Below, in pieces: positions 50,801-61,994 of a stretch of 64,000 bases of DNA. The notes below the pieces were generated by a model. That model was not told where the DNA came from, searched no databases, and saw nothing but the letters and a program-made list of their open reading frames with translations. This stretch comes from Auanema rhodensis. Lineage: Eukaryota; Animalia; Nematoda. Both the position numbers and the translations under genes were made by a program. Numbering within the stretch: position 1 is the stretch's first letter; every line of letters starts with the position of its first letter. The stretch lies in the NCBI GenBank assembly GCA_964057225.1, contig OZ059899.1, positions 15,686,001 to 15,750,000 on the forward strand. The letters are read 5' to 3'.

Positions 50801-53800
50801 TCCCAATCAACATTTCTTTTTTTCTTTTTTTCCGCAGGTTCATCCTCATCCAAAGCATCACCACTTTGGCTGTTATGACTATCACAACGAAGAGGATCAA
50901 AATGATGCTCGCAGCTAAAGTCATTATAACAAATTCGACAAAGGTAAAGACAGTAAGCAAAAAAAACAAAGGTAATAAAAGCGGAAGCTATAAAGCAGCA
51001 TAATTCAGAAAAGATCGCCAAGAACTAACCTCTGAACAAACATTATGTTTTGCATAGAGTTTTCAAACTCCATGTTGTTCTCCATCTCATTGATTTTACT
51101 TAGAACATCATTCTGAAAGGATATCGATGATATTTACAGGGTAAATCGCAAAATACCTGGCAAGCACAACAACTTTTAGCAGCACAAGTTTCTGGAGCAC
51201 TTGTTGAGGATAACATTGTGGAGCCAAATCCATAAGAAGAATGATAAGGAGATGAATCTCGTGGCAACAAACGATCGTCTATAAAGACTAAAATCAAGCT
51301 TTAAAATCACAGTTCCTTGAAAAAATATGGGAATTTTCAAGTTTAAAAGAATAAAGGAGACTGTAAAACCTTTTACGTGCTCATTGGTACAGATGGATGC
51401 TGCTTTCTTCTCCACCTTTGCATCAATCGGACGATAATTAATCGCATAATGTGTTATCTGTCCATTTGGTTTGCGTGGAGGTGCCCACTCAATCTGAATT
51501 TTGTCGGTTCCTAGAGCCTCAGCCTTGATGATTTGTGGAGGATCAGGAATTCCGAAGGTTGTTCTCACAAATCCGATTTTGGACATGGCATTTCGAGCGC
51601 CAATATGGCGAACCAAAGCTGTTGTAACATAGAACGCATATCTAAAAAAGGTTCAATCTCTGATTAGGCTATATAAGCTCACAAGGTATCAGGCTTTACA
51701 TCAGCAGCAATAAGCGCATCAACATATGGTCCTTTGTATTCACTATCAGCAGTTCCATTGGCATAATCTTAAGAAATAAAATAATAAATAATAATAAAGG
51801 AAAACAGTTGACATATACTGATGAGAATTATCTTGAATAAGTTAATAATATTAATAAAACTACCATTTAGAAGAGCATTAACATCAGATTGGGAAAGATT
51901 ATTTCGCCTGTTCGGAACATCAGAAAGAACTAATCCCTCATCAGAAACTCTACTGCTTACCTAAAAATCGTCATTATACTATTGTTTTCAAACTCCATGA
52001 AAGCTTACTTCCTGGAAAAATCTCATCCAACTGTCCGAACAAGCGGATCTATCATCATCAATTGATAAATTAGGATTTATGTCTGCCACTTCTTTGTACA
52101 AAACCTTAAATATAAAGTAAATAAGTTATTGAGAAATAATTAGAAATATACCTCGTAACCTAAGAATTTTCTGAAATCGATGTCGTAAGTATTGAAGGGT
52201 CTCCATTTCAAGCCAAACGAATTATATGAAACAGAGTCGATGATGACATCGAACGAAGATTCTTCACCTAATAACCAAAAGTTAATCTAAGCTTTATAAT
52301 ACTTATTGGACTTACAAATGGCTTTATCTCCATTACTGGTTTTGCTTTGATCACTTTCATCCATTTCTTTAGTTCGATTCAATTTCGTCATAAAATCTAC
52401 TATATGACGGAAACACAACATTCGATTATTATGAAACTAAAAAATTATTTTCAAGTTAGATATTGAATCTGCAATTTTTGAATTAACCTGGAAATAACCT
52501 TGGCCAACTGTTAATGTCTTATCAGGAGGAAAAATTTTTTGTAGATTAGGATTTTCAAATATGGATAAAGCATATCTGAAAAAATAACATATAAGAACTC
52601 GTGATGACAAGTTTCAGCCACTTACTTCTCACGATACAGGAATTGTCCCGTAATATGAGTAAGACTTTTAAACATATTCAGATTCAAGAATACAGGGGAA
52701 TGTCGAATAACAAGGTAACTGAAAAAAAAACTTCCTAAAAGAGCTCAAAATCATTTCAATACCCCTGAATTATTTGAATTTTCGAAAAGCATTTCGTTAA
52801 CTCCTCAGCAGGGACAAACTCCATACCCTGTCGAAGTTCTATTTCGAGATACCCATCAATGATACTACATCCAGAAAGTAGCTTAGCCTAGAATTATTAT
52901 TCCCTTTATTAAAAAGATTTGCCTACGCTTACTTTTGAGAGGCTATCAATAGTTCCGTTGCCGCTGCATACCCGGTGACATTCTCCTGTGCACACTCGAC
53001 ATCGACTTCGATTATCTGGCTCTGCAACAAATATAAGATACCGGAAACACAATAGGATGAAGTTAATTTCCACATTAACGTTATAATCAAGAATGATCAA
53101 TGCCCTAACGTTGGTTTCCCTCTAGCAACACAAACATGCACAGAGTAGAACAAATGCAACAGTGTGGAGTCGCGCATTTGGACGCAATACTCAAAAGTTC
53201 GATACCTGCCGGTGAAGATAAAAACGCCCTTTGTCAGAAACTTTGTGACCGAGGATTTAGTCTTTCAGAGGCGATAATTTTGGAAAAATAAAAAGAAAGA
53301 ACAAACAATGAAAATAAACAAACAAACAACATAAAAAGAATACATACCCTCTTCGTAGCCTTCTGGACAGTGCAGCTCACATTTTCCGTTTACAGCTTTC
53401 CAATACTCAAATTTTCCACCAGTGGGTCTCGGCGATAAGCTGGAAATGTTTCGAATGCGTTCCTACATCCCACTTTAGCTAACTATCTATGCTAAACACA
53501 TACCCTTCGCAAACTTTTCTCGTTATACACCTTCTCTCCAAATACGTAAACATATGCTTTGGACAACTTTTGATGCACTTTCCCTACAGAACAGGTAAGT
53601 AAGGGATTGAAGTAGGACAAAGAACAAAGTACTGACCAGATGACTAATGTGAGCACAGCCATAACATGCAGATGGATCATTAGGTCTTTCACAACCAGCA
53701 ACACACTCTTCATGACAACGTTCAAAAGTATTATCGGCACATCCTGGCCCGAGAACAGTACTATTCATTGTTTCTATTCGGTCGTGTTCACAATCTAAAT

Positions 53801-55097
53801 GACATAATCAAATTAATGCAGAAATACATTGAAATTCATAAACATGTAAAGGACATACATAGTTGACAGGACTCTCGTCCAAAACAAGCGGGGGGTCTAC
53901 TTGGATGATTTGCGAAATGGCATCGATCCGTAAACTTGGGATGTGTACAAGAAGTTTCACAAGGAGCTAAAACATAAGTATATTATGTTATAAGCATTAT
54001 TTGTGGTTTATTTACCAATTTTTCCTTCACCAACTCCAACTTCCATGGCTGATTCATCAACTAGGAGATCATTGATGGGACCAGATTGTATTCGTCGCCA
54101 ATCCACAGACTTCGCATTGCACAACCTACAATCAAGATATCAACAACATCATTTCAACTAAATCTTCTATTCAAGTAATTTTGCAAAAAAAAAAAAGAAA
54201 AACGAGACAATTGAAAGAAGAGAGAAAGGAAGCCATACTTTGGATTATCTGCTATTCTCACTCCACCATTACGAATAAGGCGCAGCTGATCCAAACCAAT
54301 CTGAAAAACAATAACAAACTTAAAGAAAACCCAGATTCAAGAAGGAACATACATCTTCAATATCATCGTTCTGATATATAATTAAAGCATAATGTTGAAT
54401 CAAGTTTTGCCCACCAATTATGCGTAAATTCGGAAAAATCCATCGCAACGTTTTGAGACCCCTATATATATTAGCTTAGTATAACAATCAAAGTATTAAC
54501 AATTTACAAACCTAACTTGGAAAATCAGGAGAGCACCTGTGATTTCTTGTAGTTTTTCATATTTTGGCCATTCGGCTTCAGTTGTTCCATTTTCTAAGAC
54601 CATTGACATTAGGAAGCTACCTTCCAAAACAGTGCAATTTCTAAAAAAGAAAAACGATAAAAACAATAAAAAAAAAGAAAAAACATACACAAATGCATCC
54701 AATGAAAGATTATGAATCTGATCTTTCACATGTAGACGATGCTTAGGAGTATTACGAATATCGGTAGTACCACATCGCATTTCTTCGAAGCATACAGCAT
54801 TCTACAAGCATCAACTTTTATTATAAAGAGAAGAGAGGAAAGAAACGCAGGTAATATGCGTCTTTAAATTAGAAAAATAACACAATTAGCAAATCGGGAG
54901 AGTAAAGTGAATAAAAATTTAAAAAAAACCAAAAGAAAACTTTATAAAACTTACAGAAACAAGTAGCAGTAATATCGTCAGCAATCCCGTCCATGACTTC
55001 GAAGATATTCTTTAAAAAAATAATTATTATATTTATAACACATCAATGAAACATACATCCCCGGAATAGAAAATATAACAGCTTTCCGTCTTTTCAT
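47865..55097 (-). CDS. daf-2: Insulin/IGF-1 receptor tyrosine kinase, roughly 30 short exons
   Basis: Signal peptide ([36 protein letters not shown]), L1 ([15 protein letters not shown]), Cys-rich region, L2, FnIII, alphaCT ([13 protein letters not shown]), furin site RVKR, TM helix, [43 protein letters not shown]; ends ..GVAEDEV*. Confidence 0.96.
50735..50914 (-). CDS. daf-2: Predicted 180-nt alternative cassette exon of daf-2 (exon 11.5-like)
   Basis: ACTTTAG acceptor and AT|GTACGA donor, both phase 2 like the flanking exons; open frame [60 protein letters not shown]. Confidence 0.65.
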
Positions 55098-55125
55098 TTT
55101 ATTCAACAATCATTTAAATATAACT

Positions 55126-55131
55126 CTGAAA
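55126..55131 (-). promoter_or_regulatory. Probable trans-splice (or 5' UTR) acceptor of daf-2
   Basis: TTTCAG 28 nt upstream of the predicted ATG. Confidence 0.6.
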
Positions 55132-57454
55132 GATTAATAATTGAATAATAGTAATATCAAGAACAGTAGAAGTAGGAGAAATAGCAATAGGAGTATTAAT
55201 ATCTGAACTGATAATATTAGTCGAAAATGAGAAAAATATGAAAAAAAGACTGAAAGCAGAATAAGCGTCAAGCATATTAGTTCAAAAACCTGATGGTTTA
55301 TAGTTATTACTAGCTTAATACACGTAAATCAAATTTAAATGAAGCAATAATGACAGTATACTTAATTCTATTTCGAAATAATTCGAAGAAGTAAAAACCT
55401 TGTAATGTGAAAAAAAAGAATCGAATTTGCTATTAACACAATGACCTTAAACTGCTTTTTTCGCTATATTAAGAAAATAATTTGAAAGTATGATGATGCG
55501 TCCGAAGCTTGTGAAGAGCAAAGTTAAACAGTTGAGATAAGATGAGTAACAGTAGTCATTTTTTTGGTGGAAAGAATCAAAAAATAAAACCAAAAGATAA
55601 GAAACCAGTGAAAATGAACAGTTTACAGCGACAAATTATGTTAAACAATTGGAAATATAGTCAATAAACGATTGAATGAACTGAAAAGAAATTTTAGAAG
55701 TAAAAACAGTATAAGTTAAATGAAATTTTTGTCAATAAACATTTAGAAAAAACACCGTAATTTAGAAATTTAGACGGAATGATAGCGAAACTCATGACGG
55801 CATGTGCTGTTCTCACATAGAAAACGTCAATAAGCCTGTAAAACAACAATCCTCAGAGTACTTTGGTCGCGAGCGGGCGGGAAAAGCTAGAAATATAGGG
55901 TAGCAATAGTAAGATATGACTAAGTTGGAGAATATTTGATTCAAATTACGTATATACATATACCGCAAATTCGTTTTGTTCTTCCGATTGAATAAAAATT
56001 ATTCTCGAAAAGCTTTGCTAGATCTGATTAATGCACAACGCTTGATGATGAAAGTGATGAAGAGCAGAATAAAAAGAAGGAAAAGAAGGAAATAGAGACA
56101 AGGTATAAGCAGAATGAGTGGGGAAATATGATAAATGGGAGGAAAGCCATAAGTGAAGGATATTCACATATATTAACAAAGCGGATAACAAATCCAGCGA
56201 GAAGATTAAAGCCTTGGTGATTAGGCCATATATGTGTAGATGAATACAGGAACAGGTCGATATTTATAAGCTACAAACAGCAGGAAACTCAATACTAAAA
56301 TTGGGCGCATATATTTAACACACACATACACAAAGAGCACGTACACTATCATTGGGTCTCGTGATTTTTTTTCTTTCAAAATAGTGTAAAAATTCCAAAA
56401 ATAGTAGATTATTAAAACAAAAAATCAAAAAAATCTGTGAAACTAATCACCATGTGGGGGAAACATGCTACTAAGAAATAAAAAAATATATGAAGGTTGC
56501 AATTCAATACAATAACTGGAATAGGCTAACCACGCCCTGGGCGATTTCCAGGTAAAAATGGAAGAGAAAACTGTTTCGGAAACAGTGGAATAAAAACGAA
56601 ACATTGAAGATCAGGTGAATCACAAGAAAAGGAAGAAAACCCTAGACATGTCCACTATCGTTACCATTAACTTGTGAAATTCAGCTTTGGAGAAGAAAAA
56701 AGTGTTCAAATGATAACATCAGGCAACACGAAATACACAAAGTATAATGATGACAGACAAAATCACAAACTTTCAAACACGAGTGACAGCTTCCACACAA
56801 TTTAAATATCAGAAGCCAGCTTCTGGCTCACCGACATTAACAAAGAAAACATTGAAAACAATGAGCACGGGTTAGCTTGAAAACCACATATTCATCATGC
56901 AAGCGCGATTGGCATAGAATTAAATAATGAACAGCAGATATGATTAGACATACTGAGCATTGCTAGCCAGCCCAAGTTTTTTCTTCCGCCTTCCGAGTGG
57001 AATGGACGCGTAAAGAGAATATTGCGGAAAATACGCAAAAAAATAAGTTACAAAAAGCAGAAATGTACTCTATGAGTCTCAACAAATGACGTCATTAATT
57101 GATTCGCGATGCAGCACGCTTGTTGTAAACGTCGTTACGTAACGGGGTCTCCCTGTATTCCTGATCTTGAGCGCTTTCTCCGTTTGAAACCGCTTGGAGG
57201 AATATTATGAAGCACATAAAACGATTGAAAACAGAGCAAAAGGAAAGGAAGTATCGGAAGAACACTGTTTAAAAGTCCGATTAGAACCAGAGTTCGCTGC
57301 TATTACAAATGTTATTCAGCGCTGCGGTCAAGTTCAACTCGAAAATAAATTTTTATTATTTATATCGTAACAACAATAACAACAAGACTGTAACAATGTA
57401 ATAATGTTCTCAGGATCTAACGTAACAACAAAAAAATTTTAAAAAAGCCTATGC

Positions 57455-58884
57455 TCATTCATTTTCAAATTCATCATCTGTATCAGTGAATTTAGTGGTT
57501 GTGTTCATTTTCTTCCCTGACATTGAAATTTCTGGTTTAATTTCTTTTTTCTGTCTGAAAGTACTTGTGATAATCAATAAGTCCTTTGTTTTACAAATAA
57601 TCGACTAGCAAGTCACCACCTTCCAGACTCCAGCTCTGTATGTCAACGTCGCCGACAAGGACGACGGTGGCTGGCTGGCTGTCGGATTGGGGGAAAGTCA
57701 AGAAAAAACATACGTCTTCTTGAGTATTTTGACGAAAGTTCCTCTCAACGAGCAAAGTCCTCGATTTATTGTGATACTTGTGTACTTAGCAGAAATAGTA
57801 TCTCCAACATCTAACTGTATTCCTACAAAAAAAATTACATGAGAATATTCATAAACTCTATGTTTCAAACCATTCAAACAATCCTCAAAATTATTATCTC
57901 TTGGCATCGTAATGGATATGGCACCTAATACAAGAGCTGATATATAGTCATGAGAAATCAATTTGACAACGCATTCATAGTTGTGATTCATAACCGGCCT
58001 TAAGAAGTATAAGTATAAATACTAGATTTCAAAAAGACATACTGAAAAACAGCTTGTTTGATGTTAGCATAACAATGAAAAACACTGTGGTCATCAACGA
58101 CTCGGGGATTGCTGATTAGTTTAGCACCTTGAATTGCGATAACAACTCCTTTAACACTGAAGAAACAAATTTTAATTAAACTTTGAAGAATCATATACTA
58201 ACGCGCTCCTGTATTTTCCTACAGAATTGTTCAAGATGTAGTTAATTGATTTCATAACATTTCCACCTAGAAGATGATAGGATAAGGCAAAATGCCTTTT
58301 TTCCACCAGTATAACCATTCCACAATTTGGATTCTCAGAGTGCATTCGTTTACATTCATCAAATGACATCAGTTTAACCTAAAATTTCAAATCAGGAAAG
58401 CGTGAAACAATCAAAGTCTATACAATGTTATCTTTTGAATAGGCAGATTTAACTTTCTGAACATTCTCTTCGTTCCCGTCGTTGTTTTCAGCAGAAGCTT
58501 CTTCTTCAATAACACCTTCTTCTTTTGCCATAGGTTCAACCTCAGCCTGTAAAGCAATCATTTAATTCCGTTTTAACAGAATAAGATATAAACCTGAGGC
58601 TCATAATCGTCAGCAGGTTCTTCCTTAGCCTTCTTATCTTTCTTTTTCTTTTTACTTTTTTTCTCCTTAATGATTTCTACCTCATTCTCATCCACAACTT
58701 CTTCCACACCTTCAGGATACTCGGTGACCTCTTCCTTAACAGAAAAAAAAATCAAATATGGAAAACTAAAAATTCATACCATCTTTATATGCTTACGAGC
58801 TTGTCTCTCAGCTAATTCATCGGCAGTTAAATCATCGTTCTTCCTTTTTCTATTAGCCCTTTTCCATTCTGCCGCCTGATCCAT
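57455..58884 (-). CDS. RNA polymerase I subunit RPA43-like (Rpb7 family) with a charged N-terminal extension
   Basis: Eight exons splice in frame from MDQAAEWKRANRKRK to ..TDDEFENE*. The core (HFALSYHLLG..LNNSVGKY..VKGVVIA..AVFQP..YECVVKLISHDYISALVLGAISITM..LDVGDTI) fits the Rpb7/RPA43 tip plus OB fold. Confidence 0.75.
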
Positions 58885-59034
58885 CTTCAAAAAAAAAAAC
58901 AGTCAAATAATCTTATTGAAAAAAGTAATATTCCAATGATATAAACATGAAATTAAAAACCAGAAAAAACAGATAAATAATATTTTTTACAGGTGTGCCA
59001 TCAAACAAAAGGTTAAAATCAACTGTTAAATTAG

Positions 59035-60080
59035 TTAAAATTTCAATGGAATGCTAGGCCACATGGGAGGCTGTTTTCTCCTATATTCTTCGGTAAATCG
59101 CATATCCATAGCAGTTTCCATAGCCAGAATTTTTTCCGACATCTGTTATTAAAAAAATGATGAAAAGGAAGATCAAGATTGAAATTACTTCTCCATATAA
59201 TATTTTGGCATCTTTTCGCCTTTTTTCATTTTTCGACTGTTCATCGGGTGCATTCAAAGTGCGCTGTCCGGGTTTATTGATACCCACTGTAACGTTAATT
59301 AATTCAATTAAAATTAAATACGATTCATATTTGATTTTACTTTTATCTGCTTCTACATAGTCGTCTTCTTCTACAACAATCCAATGATTTTTTTTCGATT
59401 CCACAGCATTTAAATTTCGTTTTGCGTCACCTGTATCCGGCGCAATGCAATTCGAACGTCTAAGAAATAACTAACGTTGTTGTTGATGTTCGAGAGTCTT
59501 CTTACGGAATTCCAAATATTCATCACTAATTTCAGAATTTTCAAACTCCATAGACTCTGATATTTCGGAGATTAAAGAAATAGATACTAATCACAGTTAG
59601 TTACCGTCCTCAATATCTTCATCGTGGATACGAGCTTCATTCTTTATTCTATCACGATCTTTATTATGTCCTTTTACTTGACTAACTGACCCACCACAGC
59701 GAGATCCTTCAAAGTAATTAGCATAAATAGAGCAATTCAAATTAACTTTTTTTCAAAACAAAAGCGCTTCGCTCCCTTGCTAATTGAAACAACATTTTTA
59801 TTCTAACAAATGCAAGAAGCGGTTGCTTGTGTTTGAACACATTAGTTTTTTTCAAAATAATCCATCTTTTCGGAGAACATATAAATTGAATGTCGTACTG
59901 ACCAGGATACAGAACAACATATTTTTCCTAATCCTCACCTTGTTTCGCGGTGCCCATTGTAATTGCTGCATTAACATACCGGGAATGAGATCTTCTCCAT
60001 TTCTCAACTGCGTCATAATGAGACCAGAAGGAAGAAAAACTAGATCCACTACACCAATTCTGTTCTCGTACAGCTTGCAT
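59035..60080 (-). CDS. GEMIN8: Gemin8 homologue (SMN complex), about 205 aa, 6 exons
   Basis: N-terminal W..FSSFWSHYDAVEKWRRSH, central EISDEYLEFRKKTLEHQQQR and DYVEAD, and C-terminal LYGEMSEKILAMETAMDMRF..RKQPPMWPSIPLKF* match Gemin8 blocks (recalled human end: KIQAMEAAVQLSF..KQPKYWPVIPLKF). Confidence 0.85.
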
Positions 60081-60452
60081 AACTGTTTAGGAAATGTTAA
60101 CAATCAAAACATATCCTTTTGTTAGAGATATTTAATGAATAAAACAATAAATAAATTTAAACGACTGTTTGAACTATTCATATTTCCTATCTTCGACAAG
60201 GTTATATCGATGACGACATCAAAAGAATCTTAACATTCTTGCATAATAATAGTACTAATTATGCCATTACTGATAAAACGTTAACCTCGTAGAAAAAATG
60301 CACCTTCAAAGAAGCATATAAGGCAACTTCAAAAGTGAGTCTTGCTCATAAAAAATTCGAGGCAGGAAACAATAAAGCACAAGAATACCAGATATATAAT
60401 AGAAATATAATTTACATGCGCAAATCAACTGAATTTGACTTAAGGATAAGTA

Positions 60453-61994
60453 TCAGGGGATGAGTACATGGGGCGTCATGTCAGTGAGAATCATTTCACG
60501 AAGCTATGATTGCACAAATTCAAACTCAACCAATAAAAGAAATAAAATATCTAAGAAAAACAAGGATCAACAACAAATTGAAACTTGGGAGTCGGACTGT
60601 CAGCTTGCAATAATAACAGTACTATCATTTCCTTCTTGTTCTGCTTTGCGAGCAGCAGCCATACGAGCTCGAGCTTCAGCCATTTGTTTCTTTCGTTGCT
60701 GTTCCATGGCTATCTGCAAAAAATTCAAGTAAGAATGATGATAGAGTAATTCAATACCTGTTTTTCTGTTTTAGCCTTTGGTGGCGCTGAGGCTGGCTTA
60801 ACTTTAACTATATGAGGTTTTGGCTTCACGATATTATTATTATGAGTTACACTAAAAAACAGCATTACATACAGAATAAGTTTTTTAAACCAACTCTTCT
60901 TGCTCTTTCTCTCCAAGCTCTTTCCAATCGTTCTTTCTCCATTTTTCAACTTCTTCGAAGCATTGTTTGATATCATCTAATTCAATTTCAACTAAAGCCC
61001 AGTAGCCCTCAAGATCATCATCAGTGGCAGGTTGAGGATCATCAGGTATAGGATTCTAAAACAATTTTTCTACACAAACAAAATATCTTTAATACTTACC
61101 AAGTTCTTAGTAACTAACTCAGCAAATTTAGATAATTTCTTTCTTATCAGAAGCTTTCCTTTACCGCTAGCCATACGTATACTCGAAGCAGCATCATCTG
61201 ATAAATCAGATACCTAAAACAAAATAGGACTAATATGAAAAACGAGAGAATAAAGATTACTGTTTCGAGGTCATGATCTGCTTTAATTATTTTATCTTCT
61301 AGCGAAGATTTTGTGTTGTCCAATATATCTTCGAATTGTTTACCCGAGCTGTAAAAGGAAACCATTTTACTTCTGAATAGATTCTCTTACCGAGCTGAGC
61401 TTTTGTTTTCCAGAACATCTTTCTCTACTTTAACAAGGGGCTTGATTTTTTCAGACGCTGAGCTAACACGAGGTGAATTCTGACCATAAAAAACTGTTAA
61501 AAATGCATGGAAAAATAATGTATACCTCTTCTGAGTCTAAATCGCTTGAACTTGTGCTGGGAATGGGTTCGCCTATGTACTTTGACAAATTTGAGTTATT
61601 TTCTTTGTCAGACATAGCTTCGTCACAATTAGACTCCTGAAATAGCTTTTTTAAAAAAAGAAGTAAAATATGTCGACTGTTATCGACAGAGCAAACAGTC
61701 CCGTTGTCAGAAAATTAAAATCTAGCATTGGCTTATCAGAGTAAAAAACGACTCACCGGTTGTGCAGATATAACATTTTCGGACTTAATGTTTTCATCGT
61801 CTTTTTCAGTTTCCTTTTCACGACTACATAGATGTAACTTATCAAATTGACCTAAAAACTGCAATCATACACAAATTCAAACTTTAAACGTACTTATTAA
61901 GGATTTTATTGGTGTCGTGGAAGAAATATTATTTCCCATTTCTGGGGAACTGTCTGTATTAATTGGAAGACGTCTAGGGCTAGGAGTGTTGCAG
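60453..61994 (-). CDS. DLGAP/GKAP (SAPAP/HURP family) GH1-domain protein; 5' exons not resolved
   Basis: Consecutive in-frame exons give SIRMASGKGKLLIRKKLSKFAELVTKNLNP..ATDDDLEGYWALVEIELDDIKQCFEEVEKWRKNDW and EARARMAAARKA, typical of the GKAP domain. First and last exons are uncertain. Confidence 0.8.

Noticed and set aside
53100-53340. Extra exon in the long daf-2 intron of the Cys-rich region
   Set aside because: A CAG|GTATCG donor-like site exists but no convincing in-frame acceptor; flanking exons join without it.
59852-60103. ORF-track translation MLTFPKQ...
   Set aside because: Wrong frame; the Gemin8-like frame starts at ATG 60080.
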